A stretch of 64,000 nt of DNA. Origin: Acidimicrobiales bacterium. GTDB lineage: Bacteria; Actinomycetota; Acidimicrobiia; Acidimicrobiales; UBA8190. The notes under the pieces were generated by a model that saw nothing but the letters and a program-made list of their open reading frames with translations, searched no databases and had not been told where the DNA came from. Made by a program: the position numbers and the translations under genes. The stretch spans positions 10,619 through 74,618 of the forward strand of contig DATCBU010000117.1 in assembly GCA_036511675.1 (NCBI GenBank), in the 5' to 3' direction. Below, in pieces: positions 35,319 to 45,169 of this stretch (within the stretch, counting starts at the first letter, position 1; each line of letters starts with the position of its first letter).

Positions 35319-36998
35319 ATGTTCCGGGTTCGTTGGCTGGGCCGGGTCCCGTACGCGGAGGCGCACGCCGTGCAGCGCGCCCTGCACGACCGCGGCCACG
35401 ACGACCACCTCCTGATCCTCGAGCACCCCCACGTGTTCACGCTCGGCGTCCACGCCGATCGGTCCCACGTGCTGGTCGACCCGACCACGGTCGGGGCCGA
35501 TCTGGTGATGAGCGACCGGGGCGGCGACGTCACGTATCACGGGCCGGGTCAGCTCGTCGCCTATCCCGTGGTCAACGTCCCCACCGCGCCGCGCTCGGTG
35601 CCGGCGCACGTGCACGGGATCGAGCAGGTGGTGATCGACACCTTGGCCGAGCTCGGCCTCGACGCGGGCCGGCTGTCCGGCTACCCCGGGGTGTGGGTCG
35701 ACGCCCAGGGCCCCAGGCCGCGCAAGATCTGCGCCATCGGCGTCCGGGTGACCCGGGGACGGTCCATGCACGGGCTGGCCCTGAACGTGGACCCCGACAT
35801 GGCGTGGTTCGACCGCATCGTGCCGTGCGGCATCGGTGACGAGGACAAGGCGGTGACGTCACTGGCGGCCGAAGGGGTCCGAGTGTCGATGCGCGCCGTG
35901 GTGGACATCCTCGTGCGGCACGCCGTGCGACGGTGGGCTCCCGACGGGCTCTACGAACGCCAGGACGTGGCGTGGCCAGCGTCCTCGCCGACCGACACCG
36001 GGACGCGCACCGCATCCGGTGAGTCCACGCCGGGAACCGATGGGCTCGCCGACCGTGTCCCGGGCGAACGGCTCCGCATCCGGCTGCGGCAGGCCGGCGT
36101 CGACCCCGACGCGGGGTTGTCGAGCCACACCCGCAAGCCGCCCTGGCTGCGGGTCCCGGTCCGCATGGGCGACGAGTTCCTGGGCCTGCGTCGTACCGTG
36201 CGCGACCACGGTCTCGTCACGGTGTGCGAAGAGGCCGGGTGTCCGAACATCTTCGAGTGCTGGGCCGACGGCACGGCGACATTCATGATCAACGGCGAGC
36301 GGTGCACGCGCTCGTGTGGCTTCTGCCTCGTCGACACTCGACACCCCGAGCCTCCCGATGCCGACGAGCCCGACCGGGTGGCCGCCGCGGTCGAGCAGCT
36401 CGACCTGGCCTACGCGGTGGTCACGGCCGTGGCACGCGACGACCTCCCCGACGGCGGGGCGTCGGGGTACGCGGCGACCATCCACGCCGTCCGGGCTCGA
36501 CGTCCGTCGACGGCGGTGGAGGTGCTCATCCCGGACTGCAAGGGCGACACCGCCTCGCTGGAGACGATCTTCGCGGCGCGGCCCGACGTCCTCAACCACA
36601 ACCTCGAGACCGTGGCGCGCCTGCAGCGCGCCGTTCGCCCCTCGGCCGGCTACGCGCGCAGTCTCTCGGTGCTGGCCCGGGCCAAGGAGGCAGGGCTCGT
36701 CACCAAGTCGGGCATGATCCTCGGCATGGGCGAGCGAGCAGAGGAAGTGGTGGGCGCCTTGGCCGACCTCCGGGCGGTCGGCGTCGACATCGTCACGCTC
36801 GGCCAGTATCTGCGTCCCACGGCCGCTCACCTCCCCGTGGCGCGCTGGTGGGCGCCCGAGGAGTTTGATTCCCTGCGCGTCACGGGGGAGGCCATGGGCT
36901 TCGCCCACGTCGAGTCCTCACCCCTCACGCGTTCGAGCTACCACGCCCGCGGTGCGGCCACTGCAGCCGCGGCGAGCACGACGACGGCCGCCACGTGA
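35319..36998 (+). CDS. lipB/lipA: octanoyltransferase LipB fused in frame to lipoyl synthase LipA
   Basis: The N-terminal ~218 aa are LipB-like (HPHVFTLG, RGGDVTYHGPGQLV, KICAIGV). After a ~30-aa Ser/Thr/Pro/Gly linker comes LipA (KPPWLRV, CEEAGCPNIFECW, RCTRSCGFC). No stop codon lies between the two parts. Confidence 0.8.
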   Translation: MFRVRWLGRVPYAEAHAVQRALHDRGHDDHLLILEHPHVFTLGVHADRSHVLVDPTTVGADLVMSDRGGDVTYHGPGQLVAYPVVNVPTAPRSVPAHVHGIEQVVIDTLAELGLDAGRLSGYPGVWVDAQGPRPRKICAIGVRVTRGRSMHGLALNVDPDMAWFDRIVPCGIGDEDKAVTSLAAEGVRVSMRAVVDILVRHAVRRWAPDGLYERQDVAWPASSPTDTGTRTASGESTPGTDGLADRVPGERLRIRLRQAGVDPDAGLSSHTRKPPWLRVPVRMGDEFLGLRRTVRDHGLVTVCEEAGCPNIFECWADGTATFMINGERCTRSCGFCLVDTRHPEPPDADEPDRVAAAVEQLDLAYAVVTAVARDDLPDGGASGYAATIHAVRARRPSTAVEVLIPDCKGDTASLETIFAARPDVLNHNLETVARLQRAVRPSAGYARSLSVLARAKEAGLVTKSGMILGMGERAEEVVGALADLRAVGVDIVTLGQYLRPTAAHLPVARWWAPEEFDSLRVTGEAMGFAHVESSPLTRSSYHARGAATAAAASTTTAAT

Positions 36999-38122
36999 CC
37001 GACCATGACACGGCGCGCCGGGATCGGCTGGCCCGGGTGCGGGCCCGCATGGGCGAGCTGGGGGTCGACGCCCTGCTCCTGTCGCACGGCGCCGATCTGC
37101 CTTGGCTCACGGGGTACCGGGCCATGCCACTGGAACGACTCACCCTTCTGGTGTTGCCCCGCGAGGGCGAGGCCGTGCTCATCGTCCCCGCCCTCGAGGC
37201 CCCCCGGGTGCCCGACACCGCCGGCATGATCACGGTGCGGCCGTGGGCGGAGACCGAGGACCCCGTCGCCCTCGCCGCCGCCCTCCTGGCGCCGGCCCGG
37301 CACGCCACCTACGGGGTCTCGGACCGGGCATGGGCGCAGTCGCTCCTGGCGCTGCAGTCGAGCCTGCCCGGGGCCCACTGGCAGCCTGCCTCGAAGGTCA
37401 CGTCCCCGCTGCGCGCCGTGAAAGACGCGGGCGAGATCGCCGCCCTGCGTGCCGCCGCCCACGCCGCGGATCGCGTGGCGGCCGTGCTCCAAGAAGGTGA
37501 GATCCCTCTGGCCGGTCGGAGCGAGATCCAGGTGTCCGAAGCCCTGGGCGCCGGTCTGCTGGCCGCGGGGCACCGGCGCGTCAACTTCGCCATCGTGGGC
37601 AGCGGGCCCAACGGGGCGAGCCCCCATCACGACGCCGGGGCGCGGGTCATCGGGGAGGGCGACACGGTGGTGTGCGACTTCGGGGGCGAGTACGCGCTGC
37701 ACGACGACGTGGGGTACTGCTCCGACATCACCCGCACCGTGGCGGCGGGGGAGCCCGGGGCCGAGGTGCGCGACACCTACGCCGTGCTCCTTGCCGCGCA
37801 GCAGGCCGCCGTGGATGCGGTGCGGCCCGGGGTCACCGCCGCGCACGTGGATGCGGTGGCGCGCGCCGTGATCACCGAGGCCGGCCTGGGGCAGTACTTC
37901 ATCCACCGCACCGGGCACGGCATCGGGATCGAGGAACACGAGGACCCCTACCTGGTGGCGGGCAACGAGACGCCGCTGGTGGTCGGACATGCATTCTCCA
38001 TCGAGCCCGGCATCTACTTCCCGGGGCGCTTCGGCATGCGGCTCGAGGACATCGTCGTCGTGGGTGAACAGGGCGCCGTCCCGCTCAACACCGTCGACCA
38101 TTCGCTCGTGGTCGTGGCGTGA
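36995..38122 (+). CDS. M24-family Xaa-Pro peptidase
   Basis: Contains DFGG...GYCSDITRT, HRTGHGIGIEEHE, FSIEPG and GMRLEDIV. The GTG start overlaps the upstream stop (GTGA). Confidence 0.8.
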   Translation: MTDHDTARRDRLARVRARMGELGVDALLLSHGADLPWLTGYRAMPLERLTLLVLPREGEAVLIVPALEAPRVPDTAGMITVRPWAETEDPVALAAALLAPARHATYGVSDRAWAQSLLALQSSLPGAHWQPASKVTSPLRAVKDAGEIAALRAAAHAADRVAAVLQEGEIPLAGRSEIQVSEALGAGLLAAGHRRVNFAIVGSGPNGASPHHDAGARVIGEGDTVVCDFGGEYALHDDVGYCSDITRTVAAGEPGAEVRDTYAVLLAAQQAAVDAVRPGVTAAHVDAVARAVITEAGLGQYFIHRTGHGIGIEEHEDPYLVAGNETPLVVGHAFSIEPGIYFPGRFGMRLEDIVVVGEQGAVPLNTVDHSLVVVA

Positions 38123-38850
38123 ACCTCGGCATCGCCGGGAAGGTGGCGCTCGTGACCGCCGCCTCGCGGGGGTTGGGACGGGCCACCGCCGAGGCGCTGG
38201 CGGACGACGGGGTGCGGCTGGTGCTATGCGCGCGCCACGAGGACTCCCTGCGCCACACCGAGCAGGCGTTGGCGTCGCGCGGAGCAGACGTGCTCGGCTT
38301 GGTGGCGGACATGACCGATCCGGCCACCCCGGACCGTCTGGTCACCGCCGCGGTGGAGCGGTTCGGGCGGCTCGACATCGTGGTGGCCAACTCGGGGGGG
38401 CCACCGCCGGGGAACGCACTGGATCTCGACGACGACGCCATCCGAGCCGCCATCGAGGGCAACCTGCTGTCTGCGGTGCGGCTGGTGCGTGGGGCGCTGC
38501 CCCACATGCGGGCCGGGGGGTGGGGACGACTGTGCTGCATCACGTCGTACTCGGTCGTCCAACCCATTCCCGGGCTGGCGCTGTCCAACACGGCGCGCAG
38601 CGGCCTGCGGGCGTGGGCCAAGACCGCGGCGGCCGACCTCGCCGCCGAGGGCTCGGGCGTCACCCTCAATCTGGTGTGCCCGGGCCCGCATGCCACTGAG
38701 CGCATGCAGCAGCTGGGTGGTGGGGGCGGGGCACCCATGGGGGACCCCGCCGACTTCGGCCGGGTGGTGGCCTTCATGTGCTCGGCTCACGCCGGATTCG
38801 TGAACGGGGCCGCCATCGTGGTGGACGGCGGCGCCACCCTGACCCTGTGA
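38119..38850 (+). CDS. SDR-family oxidoreductase
   Basis: Contains VTAASRGLGRA, NSGG and a C-terminal GAAIVVDGGA. The start overlaps the upstream stop. Confidence 0.75.
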   Translation: MNLGIAGKVALVTAASRGLGRATAEALADDGVRLVLCARHEDSLRHTEQALASRGADVLGLVADMTDPATPDRLVTAAVERFGRLDIVVANSGGPPPGNALDLDDDAIRAAIEGNLLSAVRLVRGALPHMRAGGWGRLCCITSYSVVQPIPGLALSNTARSGLRAWAKTAAADLAAEGSGVTLNLVCPGPHATERMQQLGGGGGAPMGDPADFGRVVAFMCSAHAGFVNGAAIVVDGGATLTL

Positions 38851-38865
38851 AGGCTGCGCCCACCC

Positions 38866-38913
38866 GCTGACCCGGCGGACTGCTGACCTGGCGGACTGCT
38901 GACCGGGGCCGGA
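38866..38913. repeat. 16-nt tandem repeat x3 in convergent intergenic spacer
   Basis: The units are gctgacccggcggact, gctgacctggcggact and gctgaccggggccgga. They lie between the stops at 38850 and 38916. Confidence 0.9.
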
Positions 38914-38915
38914 GG

Positions 38916-39332
38916 CTACGCCGGCGTTGCGCCTGCTTGTGCTCCAGCTTCTGCTCGGGCGACAGCCTCGGCCCGGTCATCGAAACCGACGATGTCGACG
39001 ATGCGGCCGTCGCTGACGGTCAGCACCTGCCACCGTGGCGCCGCGCCGCCGTCCTCGTGCTCTTCTTGCCTGCCACGGACGGTCAAGCCGACGAGGAGAC
39101 GGTCACCGAGGACCACGACCTCGGTCACCGAGGCCCGGACTCCTGATTCCCGGCCGCGCTGGTACCAAGCCAGGACCTGGTCACGGTTCCGACACGACGG
39201 TCGTTTGGCGTCAGGCGCTCCCCACCGCACGTCGGGGTGGAGAAGCTCACGGTAGGCGGACAGGTCGGCTGCCTCGAGGGCCACACCGACCTGGTCGGCG
39301 ATGCGCTGCATGGCATCATGTTGCTCGGTCAA
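38916..39332 (-). CDS. NTF2-like (SnoaL/DUF4440-type) protein
   Basis: The 379-aa track ORF is trimmed to the TTG at 39332, 7 nt after GGAGG. The product LTEQHDAMQRIADQ...WQVLTVSDGRIVDIVGF has an NTF2-like pattern. Confidence 0.55.
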   Translation of the reverse strand: MTEQHDAMQRIADQVGVALEAADLSAYRELLHPDVRWGAPDAKRPSCRNRDQVLAWYQRGRESGVRASVTEVVVLGDRLLVGLTVRGRQEEHEDGGAAPRWQVLTVSDGRIVDIVGFDDRAEAVARAEAGAQAGATPA

Positions 39333-39343
39333 TGCGGGACCTC

Positions 39344-40273
39344 CTAGCCCGGGGCCGTCGGGACGGTCGACAGGCCGTCGTCTTCTCCCACATGCACCGG
39401 GGGCGAAGCCTCTTTCTGCCAGGGCCGGGTGTGGGCGAGCCAGATGACCGCCGCCACAAGAAGGACCGAGCACAGCACCCAGCCGAGCGTCGTGGTCCCT
39501 ACCCCGACGTACTTGAGCCCCGAGGCCAGGATCACGAAGGTGATGGCGGGCCGGACGTAGCGGTCCGGTGCTCTCGACGACAGGAACGAACCGACGAGGA
39601 CCGCAGGGACGCTCCCGACGATGAGCGAGGTCGTGACCGACAGCTCGACATGACCAAACGCGAGTGCGCCCAGCGCCGCCGCCGCGGTCAGGGGGACGGC
39701 CTGGGCGAGGTCGGTGCCCACCAGTTGGTTGGCTCCGATCATGGGATAGAGGAACAGCAAGAAGACGATCATGAGCGAGCCCGACCCGACGGAGGTGATC
39801 CCGACGATGATCCCCCCGATCATCCCGATGGCGATGGTGGGTAGGGGTCGGAGGGTGAGGTCGTGGACCACACCTCGGCGGATGTGACCGGCGCGACGGT
39901 CCAGCACGGCGCGCAGCACCATGCCTGCCGCGCCGACCAGCAGGGCGGCACCGAGGGCGATCTGCACGTTGTGCTCGGCCGCTTTGGCATTGCCGATGAG
40001 GTGGAGGAGATACGCACCCAGAAAGGCCATGGGGACCGATCCCGTCATCATCCATCCCACCAGGCGCAGATTCACGGTCCCCTTGCGCAAGTGGACGGCG
40101 GCGCCGATGGGACGCATGACCACGGCCGCCACCAGGTCGCTGGAGATGGCGATGGAGGGCTTCACCCCGAACAGCAAGATGAGCATGGGCGTCATGAGCG
40201 CCCCTCCGCCCGCGCCCGTCATCCCGACCAGGAAGCCGATGACGGCACTGCCCAGGACGATGTAGGGATCCAA
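39344..40273 (-). CDS. TauE/SafE-family anion exporter membrane protein
   Basis: 309 aa with about 8 TM helices. The N-terminus GFLVGMTGAGGGALMTPMLILLFG is typical of TauE/SafE. Confidence 0.75.
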   Translation of the reverse strand: MDPYIVLGSAVIGFLVGMTGAGGGALMTPMLILLFGVKPSIAISSDLVAAVVMRPIGAAVHLRKGTVNLRLVGWMMTGSVPMAFLGAYLLHLIGNAKAAEHNVQIALGAALLVGAAGMVLRAVLDRRAGHIRRGVVHDLTLRPLPTIAIGMIGGIIVGITSVGSGSLMIVFLLFLYPMIGANQLVGTDLAQAVPLTAAAALGALAFGHVELSVTTSLIVGSVPAVLVGSFLSSRAPDRYVRPAITFVILASGLKYVGVGTTTLGWVLCSVLLVAAVIWLAHTRPWQKEASPPVHVGEDDGLSTVPTAPG

Positions 40274-40343
40274 GGGAGATGCTCCTCCGGTCGTCCGGTA
40301 GCCGACCTCAACCCTACCCGGGGTGCGGTCTTCGGCTCTTGGC

Positions 40344-42749
40344 CTACTGCGTCCGCAGGAGCTGCCCGGCAGTTTTGGACCGCGCCGCCACGAGCGCGGG
40401 CACGACGGCCAACAGGTTGGAGACGACGACGACCCCGACGGCGAGGACGGCGATCAGCCATGCGGGCACCGTGGCCACGGGAACGGCGCCGAGGTTGGTG
40501 GCGAACGCCTTCCATACCAACTGTCCGAGGGCCACGCCGAGCGGGACTCCGCCGACGATCCCCACCAGCGCCACCGTGGTCGCCTGCCAGCACACTGCCG
40601 CGCCTACCTGCTTATTCACGAGCCCCAGGCTCTTGAGCAACCCGATCTCGCGCCGCCGGCGCGCCACGCTCACCACCAACAGGTGCAGGAGCGTGGCCGC
40701 GCCGAACAGGGCCAACATGAAGCCCAGGATGAGGGGGAAATTGACGGCCTCGCCGAAGTTGACCAGCGACGTCGGCACCCTGGGTCGCTTGGCGTCTTCG
40801 CCCGAGTACAGGCGGAGGAAGTGGGCGACGGCCGCCTGTCCCTTCGCTCCCGGCACCACACTGGCCAGCACGGCGACGGCCTGGCTCTTTTCGTAAGCGC
40901 GCCGGCACGTGCTGGCGTTGGGGCCGGTAGGACACGCGGCCTGGAGGTAGCCGTCGAGGGTGACCGCCGCGCCACCACCCAAGCCCCCCAGGCCGAACTG
41001 CCCGGAGGACGAGATCGTCCCCACCACGTGCATCGAGGCCGTGCGGATGCCGCCCGCCTGCGCCTGCACGGTCACTCGGACCACGGACCCCACATGCGCA
41101 TGCACCTGATGCAGCGTCGTGGAGCCCAGCGCGATCTCGTCGTCACGACCCGGCAGGCGTCCCGTGACCTTTGACAGCAGAAGCGGTCCACGCACGGCCT
41201 CGCCCGCCACGGTGAAAACGCTCATGCCGTTGATCGACACTTCGTTCCTAGTGCCGAGCATGATCCCCGTGACGGCGGGGTTGTGCTCGAGGCCCGTCAC
41301 CTCACCGGCGATGTTGCCCGATCCCTGCTGGTTGGAGATCAACAGTTGATAGGCGTCGCCGTACAGCTCAGGCGTGGCGGTGAGGTGCGACAGGCTGGCG
41401 CCGAACACCGCAGTGGCGCACAGGGCCATGACGGCCAGCACCGTGCCGAACAGGGCCGTGCCTACCGGAACGGTGGCGGCACCGCGCCCTTTTTCGAGGG
41501 CGTGGCGGACCCCGATCACGGCGCTGGGCGGGGCTCCGATGGCGGCCACCCGGCCGACGATGACCGAAGGCCGGGTGCTCCGGGCGCGGTCCTCGCCGAA
41601 TTGCGCCCGGGAGGCGCGCACCGCGGGCCAGATACCCAAGATCAGCACCAGCACGACGATCACCGCCGCGCCGGCGAGGAGGACGAGCGCGTCGAAGGAA
41701 AGTCCGGTGGAGGGCTCGGCCAGGCGCGCCTCGCCCACCGGGGTGAGGGGGGAGAGGGCGAAGGCGATCACGACGGCGCCGAGCCCCCCCACCAAGGCCA
41801 CGAGGGTGTTGCGGGCCGTCCCCAGGGCCACGAAATGGCGTCGTTCCACGCCCAGGGCGGCGAGGGTGGGGTACTCCTCGCTTTCGACCACGCTCTGGCG
41901 ACCGAGGGCCTGGCCGATGACGACCAGACCCGCCAACCCGGCCAGGAGGGCGAGCACCCACCACCCCACGGCCTGGGGATGGATCGACGTCGTCACGGCG
42001 GCGGCGATGGTGTCCTGGTTCTGGGTGAAGACCGGATGCAGCGCGGCGCCGGCGGCGGCGAAGCGGGGGAGGTCGGTCGCATTGTGGAGCCGAATGAGGT
42101 ACTGATAGGCGAAAGTCGGGTACGCGGGTAACGGGGGCGCGTACAGGTTGTAGGAGGGAGCTTCTCCGGTGGGGAATTCACTCTCGGCCTGCTCGATCCC
42201 CACGACGTGGAAGTCGACCGTGGGCCCCTTCGCCGGCGGATTGCCGCCGTTGAGCAGCGCCTGTTTCTGTGAGGCGGCGTAGAACGGGACACGCAGTACC
42301 GACCCCACGTGGATGCCGAAGTCCTGTTCCAGGTTGTACGACGCCAACAGCTCGTTCGTCGACGACGGATTGGGCATCCGCCCCGCCACCAACTTCACGG
42401 CCCGATGAAGCGAACGCGCCGACATCGCCTGCAAGGTCAGGTTCGAGGTGTTGATGTCGTGGGTGCAGGCACAGCTGATGTTGTCGTTGCCGAGGACCGC
42501 AGCGGGCGTGACCGACGCGACGCCGGGGAGCGTGGCCAGTTGCGGCAAGGGGTCGAAGTTGTAGATGAGGACGTCGTAGCCGTGGGCGTCGACGAAGCGG
42601 GGGAAGGCGCTGGCCGTGCGGCGCCCGGCCGCGGTGGCGGCGAGCGCCAATCCGCCCACGACGGCGATCAGGACAATCAGGATCAGCCATGCGCGCCACC
42701 GACGGCGAAGCTCCGCGCCAAAGATCAACCTGACCGCGCCCAAGACCAC
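40344..42749 (-). CDS. ABC-transporter permease with two FtsX domains (MacB-like)
   Basis: 801 aa with the same architecture as 21288-23873. The C-terminus reads RRRREIGLLKSLGLVNKQV...LVAARSKTAGQLLRTQ. Confidence 0.8.
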   Translation of the reverse strand: MVLGAVRLIFGAELRRRWRAWLILIVLIAVVGGLALAATAAGRRTASAFPRFVDAHGYDVLIYNFDPLPQLATLPGVASVTPAAVLGNDNISCACTHDINTSNLTLQAMSARSLHRAVKLVAGRMPNPSSTNELLASYNLEQDFGIHVGSVLRVPFYAASQKQALLNGGNPPAKGPTVDFHVVGIEQAESEFPTGEAPSYNLYAPPLPAYPTFAYQYLIRLHNATDLPRFAAAGAALHPVFTQNQDTIAAAVTTSIHPQAVGWWVLALLAGLAGLVVIGQALGRQSVVESEEYPTLAALGVERRHFVALGTARNTLVALVGGLGAVVIAFALSPLTPVGEARLAEPSTGLSFDALVLLAGAAVIVVLVLILGIWPAVRASRAQFGEDRARSTRPSVIVGRVAAIGAPPSAVIGVRHALEKGRGAATVPVGTALFGTVLAVMALCATAVFGASLSHLTATPELYGDAYQLLISNQQGSGNIAGEVTGLEHNPAVTGIMLGTRNEVSINGMSVFTVAGEAVRGPLLLSKVTGRLPGRDDEIALGSTTLHQVHAHVGSVVRVTVQAQAGGIRTASMHVVGTISSSGQFGLGGLGGGAAVTLDGYLQAACPTGPNASTCRRAYEKSQAVAVLASVVPGAKGQAAVAHFLRLYSGEDAKRPRVPTSLVNFGEAVNFPLILGFMLALFGAATLLHLLVVSVARRRREIGLLKSLGLVNKQVGAAVCWQATTVALVGIVGGVPLGVALGQLVWKAFATNLGAVPVATVPAWLIAVLAVGVVVVSNLLAVVPALVAARSKTAGQLLRTQ

Positions 42750-42854
42750 CTCCTGGTCCCAGTGTCGCCCACCTCGGAGCCGCGCCCAAGGTAGCCAGCC
42801 GGTCTAGCGGGTTGGTGGTAGCACCCAATCCGGGCCGCGCCGCCTACGAGCTGC

Positions 42855-43223
42855 CTACCAGCGTTCGACGAGGTGCTCTCGACCCGGGGGAGGCTCGCAG
42901 GGCTCTGGCCAGAAATCGGTGACCTTGGTGATGACGCCGCGGTCGAATTCGAAGAAGGCGACGGCGAGCGACGACTCGTCGGCGAGACTCCACCGGAAGA
43001 GCAGACTGCCGTTTCGCTCGTCGCCCAGGACCACGCGGGGCTCGAGATGCCAGTCCCCGGGAAACTCGGCGTTGAACGTCACGTAGCGGTCGCGACCCCG
43101 GATGCGCTCGCGGGTCTGGGGGATCTCGTAGACCACGTCGGGATGGAGGAGCTCGGCGAGGCCGGCCCAGTCCCGGCCCTCGAGTCGCTGCGCAAAGGCG
43201 GCTACGAGCTCCTTACCGGTCAC
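42855..43223 (-). CDS. NTF2-like (SnoaL-type) protein
   Basis: 122 aa. LLHPDVVYEIPQTRERIRGRDRYV...FFEFDRGVITKVTDFW fits the NTF2 pattern. Confidence 0.6.
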   Translation of the reverse strand: MTGKELVAAFAQRLEGRDWAGLAELLHPDVVYEIPQTRERIRGRDRYVTFNAEFPGDWHLEPRVVLGDERNGSLLFRWSLADESSLAVAFFEFDRGVITKVTDFWPEPCEPPPGREHLVERW

Positions 43224-43263
43224 GCCTCACACCATACGACCGGGAGGATGGGGGGCAACCCCG

Positions 43264-43833
43264 TCAGGAGGCCCGAGCCTCGCCGGTGACCCGCTTGCGG
43301 ATCTCGTTGACGCGCGGACGTGCCTTGATGACCTTCCTTCGCAACGCCACCGACCCTTGGGTGTCGTAGGCCCGACGAAGGTCGAGGATGTCGCGGACGT
43401 CGCGCCGGGGTGCGGCCGCCACCACCGCGGCACTCATTTCGTAGGCGCTCTCGGCGTCCAGGCAGGCGCCGATGAGGAAGTCGGTCTCGTCCCCGTCGTC
43501 GGTGGCGGCCAATGCCAGCATGGCGCTCACCATCACGTCGAGCGCAATGGTGGCAACTCCCGATCCCCCGATGGCCAGCGTCGACCCGATGGCATCGGGC
43601 GGGTCCAGTTGCTCGGCGGGCGGTTGTTCGGTACGCAACGCTTTGACGGCATACCCGATGGAGCCGACTGCTTCGTGGGCCGACCTCGCCATGTGCCGTG
43701 ACGAGGCGTCGTCACCCTTGTCCAGCGCAACACCAAGATCCTCCATGGTGGCGTGGGCACGTTCCAGCTCGAACGCCAGTTGCACGGTCTTCTGTCGCCA
43801 ATCGTAGGGACGTTGGTGCAGTTGGACTGCCAT
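43264..43833 (-). CDS. hypothetical helical protein
   Basis: Trimmed to the ATG at 43833, 6 nt after GGAGG. 189 aa, starting MAVQLHQRPYDWRQKTVQLAFELERAH. I recognise no family. Confidence 0.5.
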   Translation of the reverse strand: MAVQLHQRPYDWRQKTVQLAFELERAHATMEDLGVALDKGDDASSRHMARSAHEAVGSIGYAVKALRTEQPPAEQLDPPDAIGSTLAIGGSGVATIALDVMVSAMLALAATDDGDETDFLIGACLDAESAYEMSAAVVAAAPRRDVRDILDLRRAYDTQGSVALRRKVIKARPRVNEIRKRVTGEARAS

Positions 43834-44065
43834 GAGATGCCTCCGGTTCTGGGTGCCCCAGCGTCGGGCGCGCAGCATGAGCAACAACGGCTGCTGTTCG
43901 GACCGTACCCGTCCTCGGTGTGTTCTTCGCACGATGGACGCACAACTGTGCGCACCGGTAGATGCACTCTGGGCGCGTGGGCGCATCCTGGCCCAACCGT
44001 GGGACATCCGAGGCTGTTGCAACACGAGTGACGCCTCGATCCCAGCGTGAGAACGGTGTTGGTTT

Positions 44066-45169
44066 GTGAATACCCCCATTGACAGCTACTTTCGCAGGGT
44101 GCCTCGTGCCTGGTTCACAGCGACGGGGAGACGAGGCGGACAATGGCGGGCAGCGCGCATCGTCCCCGTCGCGCTCCTCTCTGCTCTCGTCGGAACGAGC
44201 TCATTGACGGTGCTCGTTCCGCAGCGCGCCGCAGCTGATCCTGTCGGCGCTCTCAAGGCCCAGGCGAAGGCGATCGCACAGAAGTTGGTGCAACAGCAGT
44301 TGGAGATCGACGCGTACCAGCAGCAGTACTCGGTGGCGTCGGCGAGAGTCGCCGCCGACGCGCAGGCCATCGCGCAGGTCGACCAACAGATTGCACAGGA
44401 CCAGCAGCAGTACAGCGCGGACACAGTCCAGGTGCGCCAGCTCGCCATCACGTCCTATATGAACGGTGGAGCGCTGACCGGGGCGGATGCGGCGCTGTTC
44501 GAGGGCAATGCGGAAGAGGTGCAGTCGGCGAACGAGTACGACGCCATCGCCACCGGCAACATCAACAACGCGCTGGACCAGCTCCAGAGCGCACAGGCCT
44601 CGTTGCAGGCTCAGCAGGCGGCGCTGCACCAACAACAGGCCAAGGACCAGTCGGATCAGACGGCCAAGGCCACCGCACTCGGCCAGGCCAACGACACCGA
44701 GCTCGCCATGCAGTCGGCGCAGAGCCTCGTCAGCGGCCGCCTCGCCGCCGCGGTAGCCGCGCAGACCGGCGCCGCCGACGCCGCCGCCGCGGCCGCGGTG
44801 GCTGCGGCACAGAGGGGTGGGTCAAAGCCGGGGCATGGTGGGACCAAGGCCGGGCCGGGCGGCGGGGGCACGACGGGCGGGGCACCGGGTCCCGCCATCG
44901 GGGACCCGACGCTTCCTCCGTTCCTGCAATGTGTCGTGCAGGCTGAGTCGCGCGGCAACTACGGCGCAGTGTCACCCAACGGGATGTACATGGGGGCCTT
45001 CCAGTTCAGCCAGTCGACGTGGAACTTCGCGGCCCGGGCCGCCGGCCTGCTGTATCTGATCGGCGTGCCCCCGAACCAAGCCTCGAAACCCGAACAGGAC
45101 ACCTTGGCCGTGGCGCTGTTCGCCCTCGACGGCCAGCAACCGTGGCTCGGGGACCGCTGTAGCGCGTAG
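44066..45169 (+). CDS. secreted coiled-coil protein with C-terminal transglycosylase-like (Rpf-type) domain
   Basis: It has an N-terminal signal/anchor and a ~190-aa Gln/Ala-rich coiled coil. The C-terminus CVVQAESRGNYGAVSPNGMYMGAFQFSQSTW resembles the transglycosylase-like domain. Confidence 0.65.
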   Translation: MNTPIDSYFRRVPRAWFTATGRRGGQWRAARIVPVALLSALVGTSSLTVLVPQRAAADPVGALKAQAKAIAQKLVQQQLEIDAYQQQYSVASARVAADAQAIAQVDQQIAQDQQQYSADTVQVRQLAITSYMNGGALTGADAALFEGNAEEVQSANEYDAIATGNINNALDQLQSAQASLQAQQAALHQQQAKDQSDQTAKATALGQANDTELAMQSAQSLVSGRLAAAVAAQTGAADAAAAAAVAAAQRGGSKPGHGGTKAGPGGGGTTGGAPGPAIGDPTLPPFLQCVVQAESRGNYGAVSPNGMYMGAFQFSQSTWNFAARAAGLLYLIGVPPNQASKPEQDTLAVALFALDGQQPWLGDRCSA

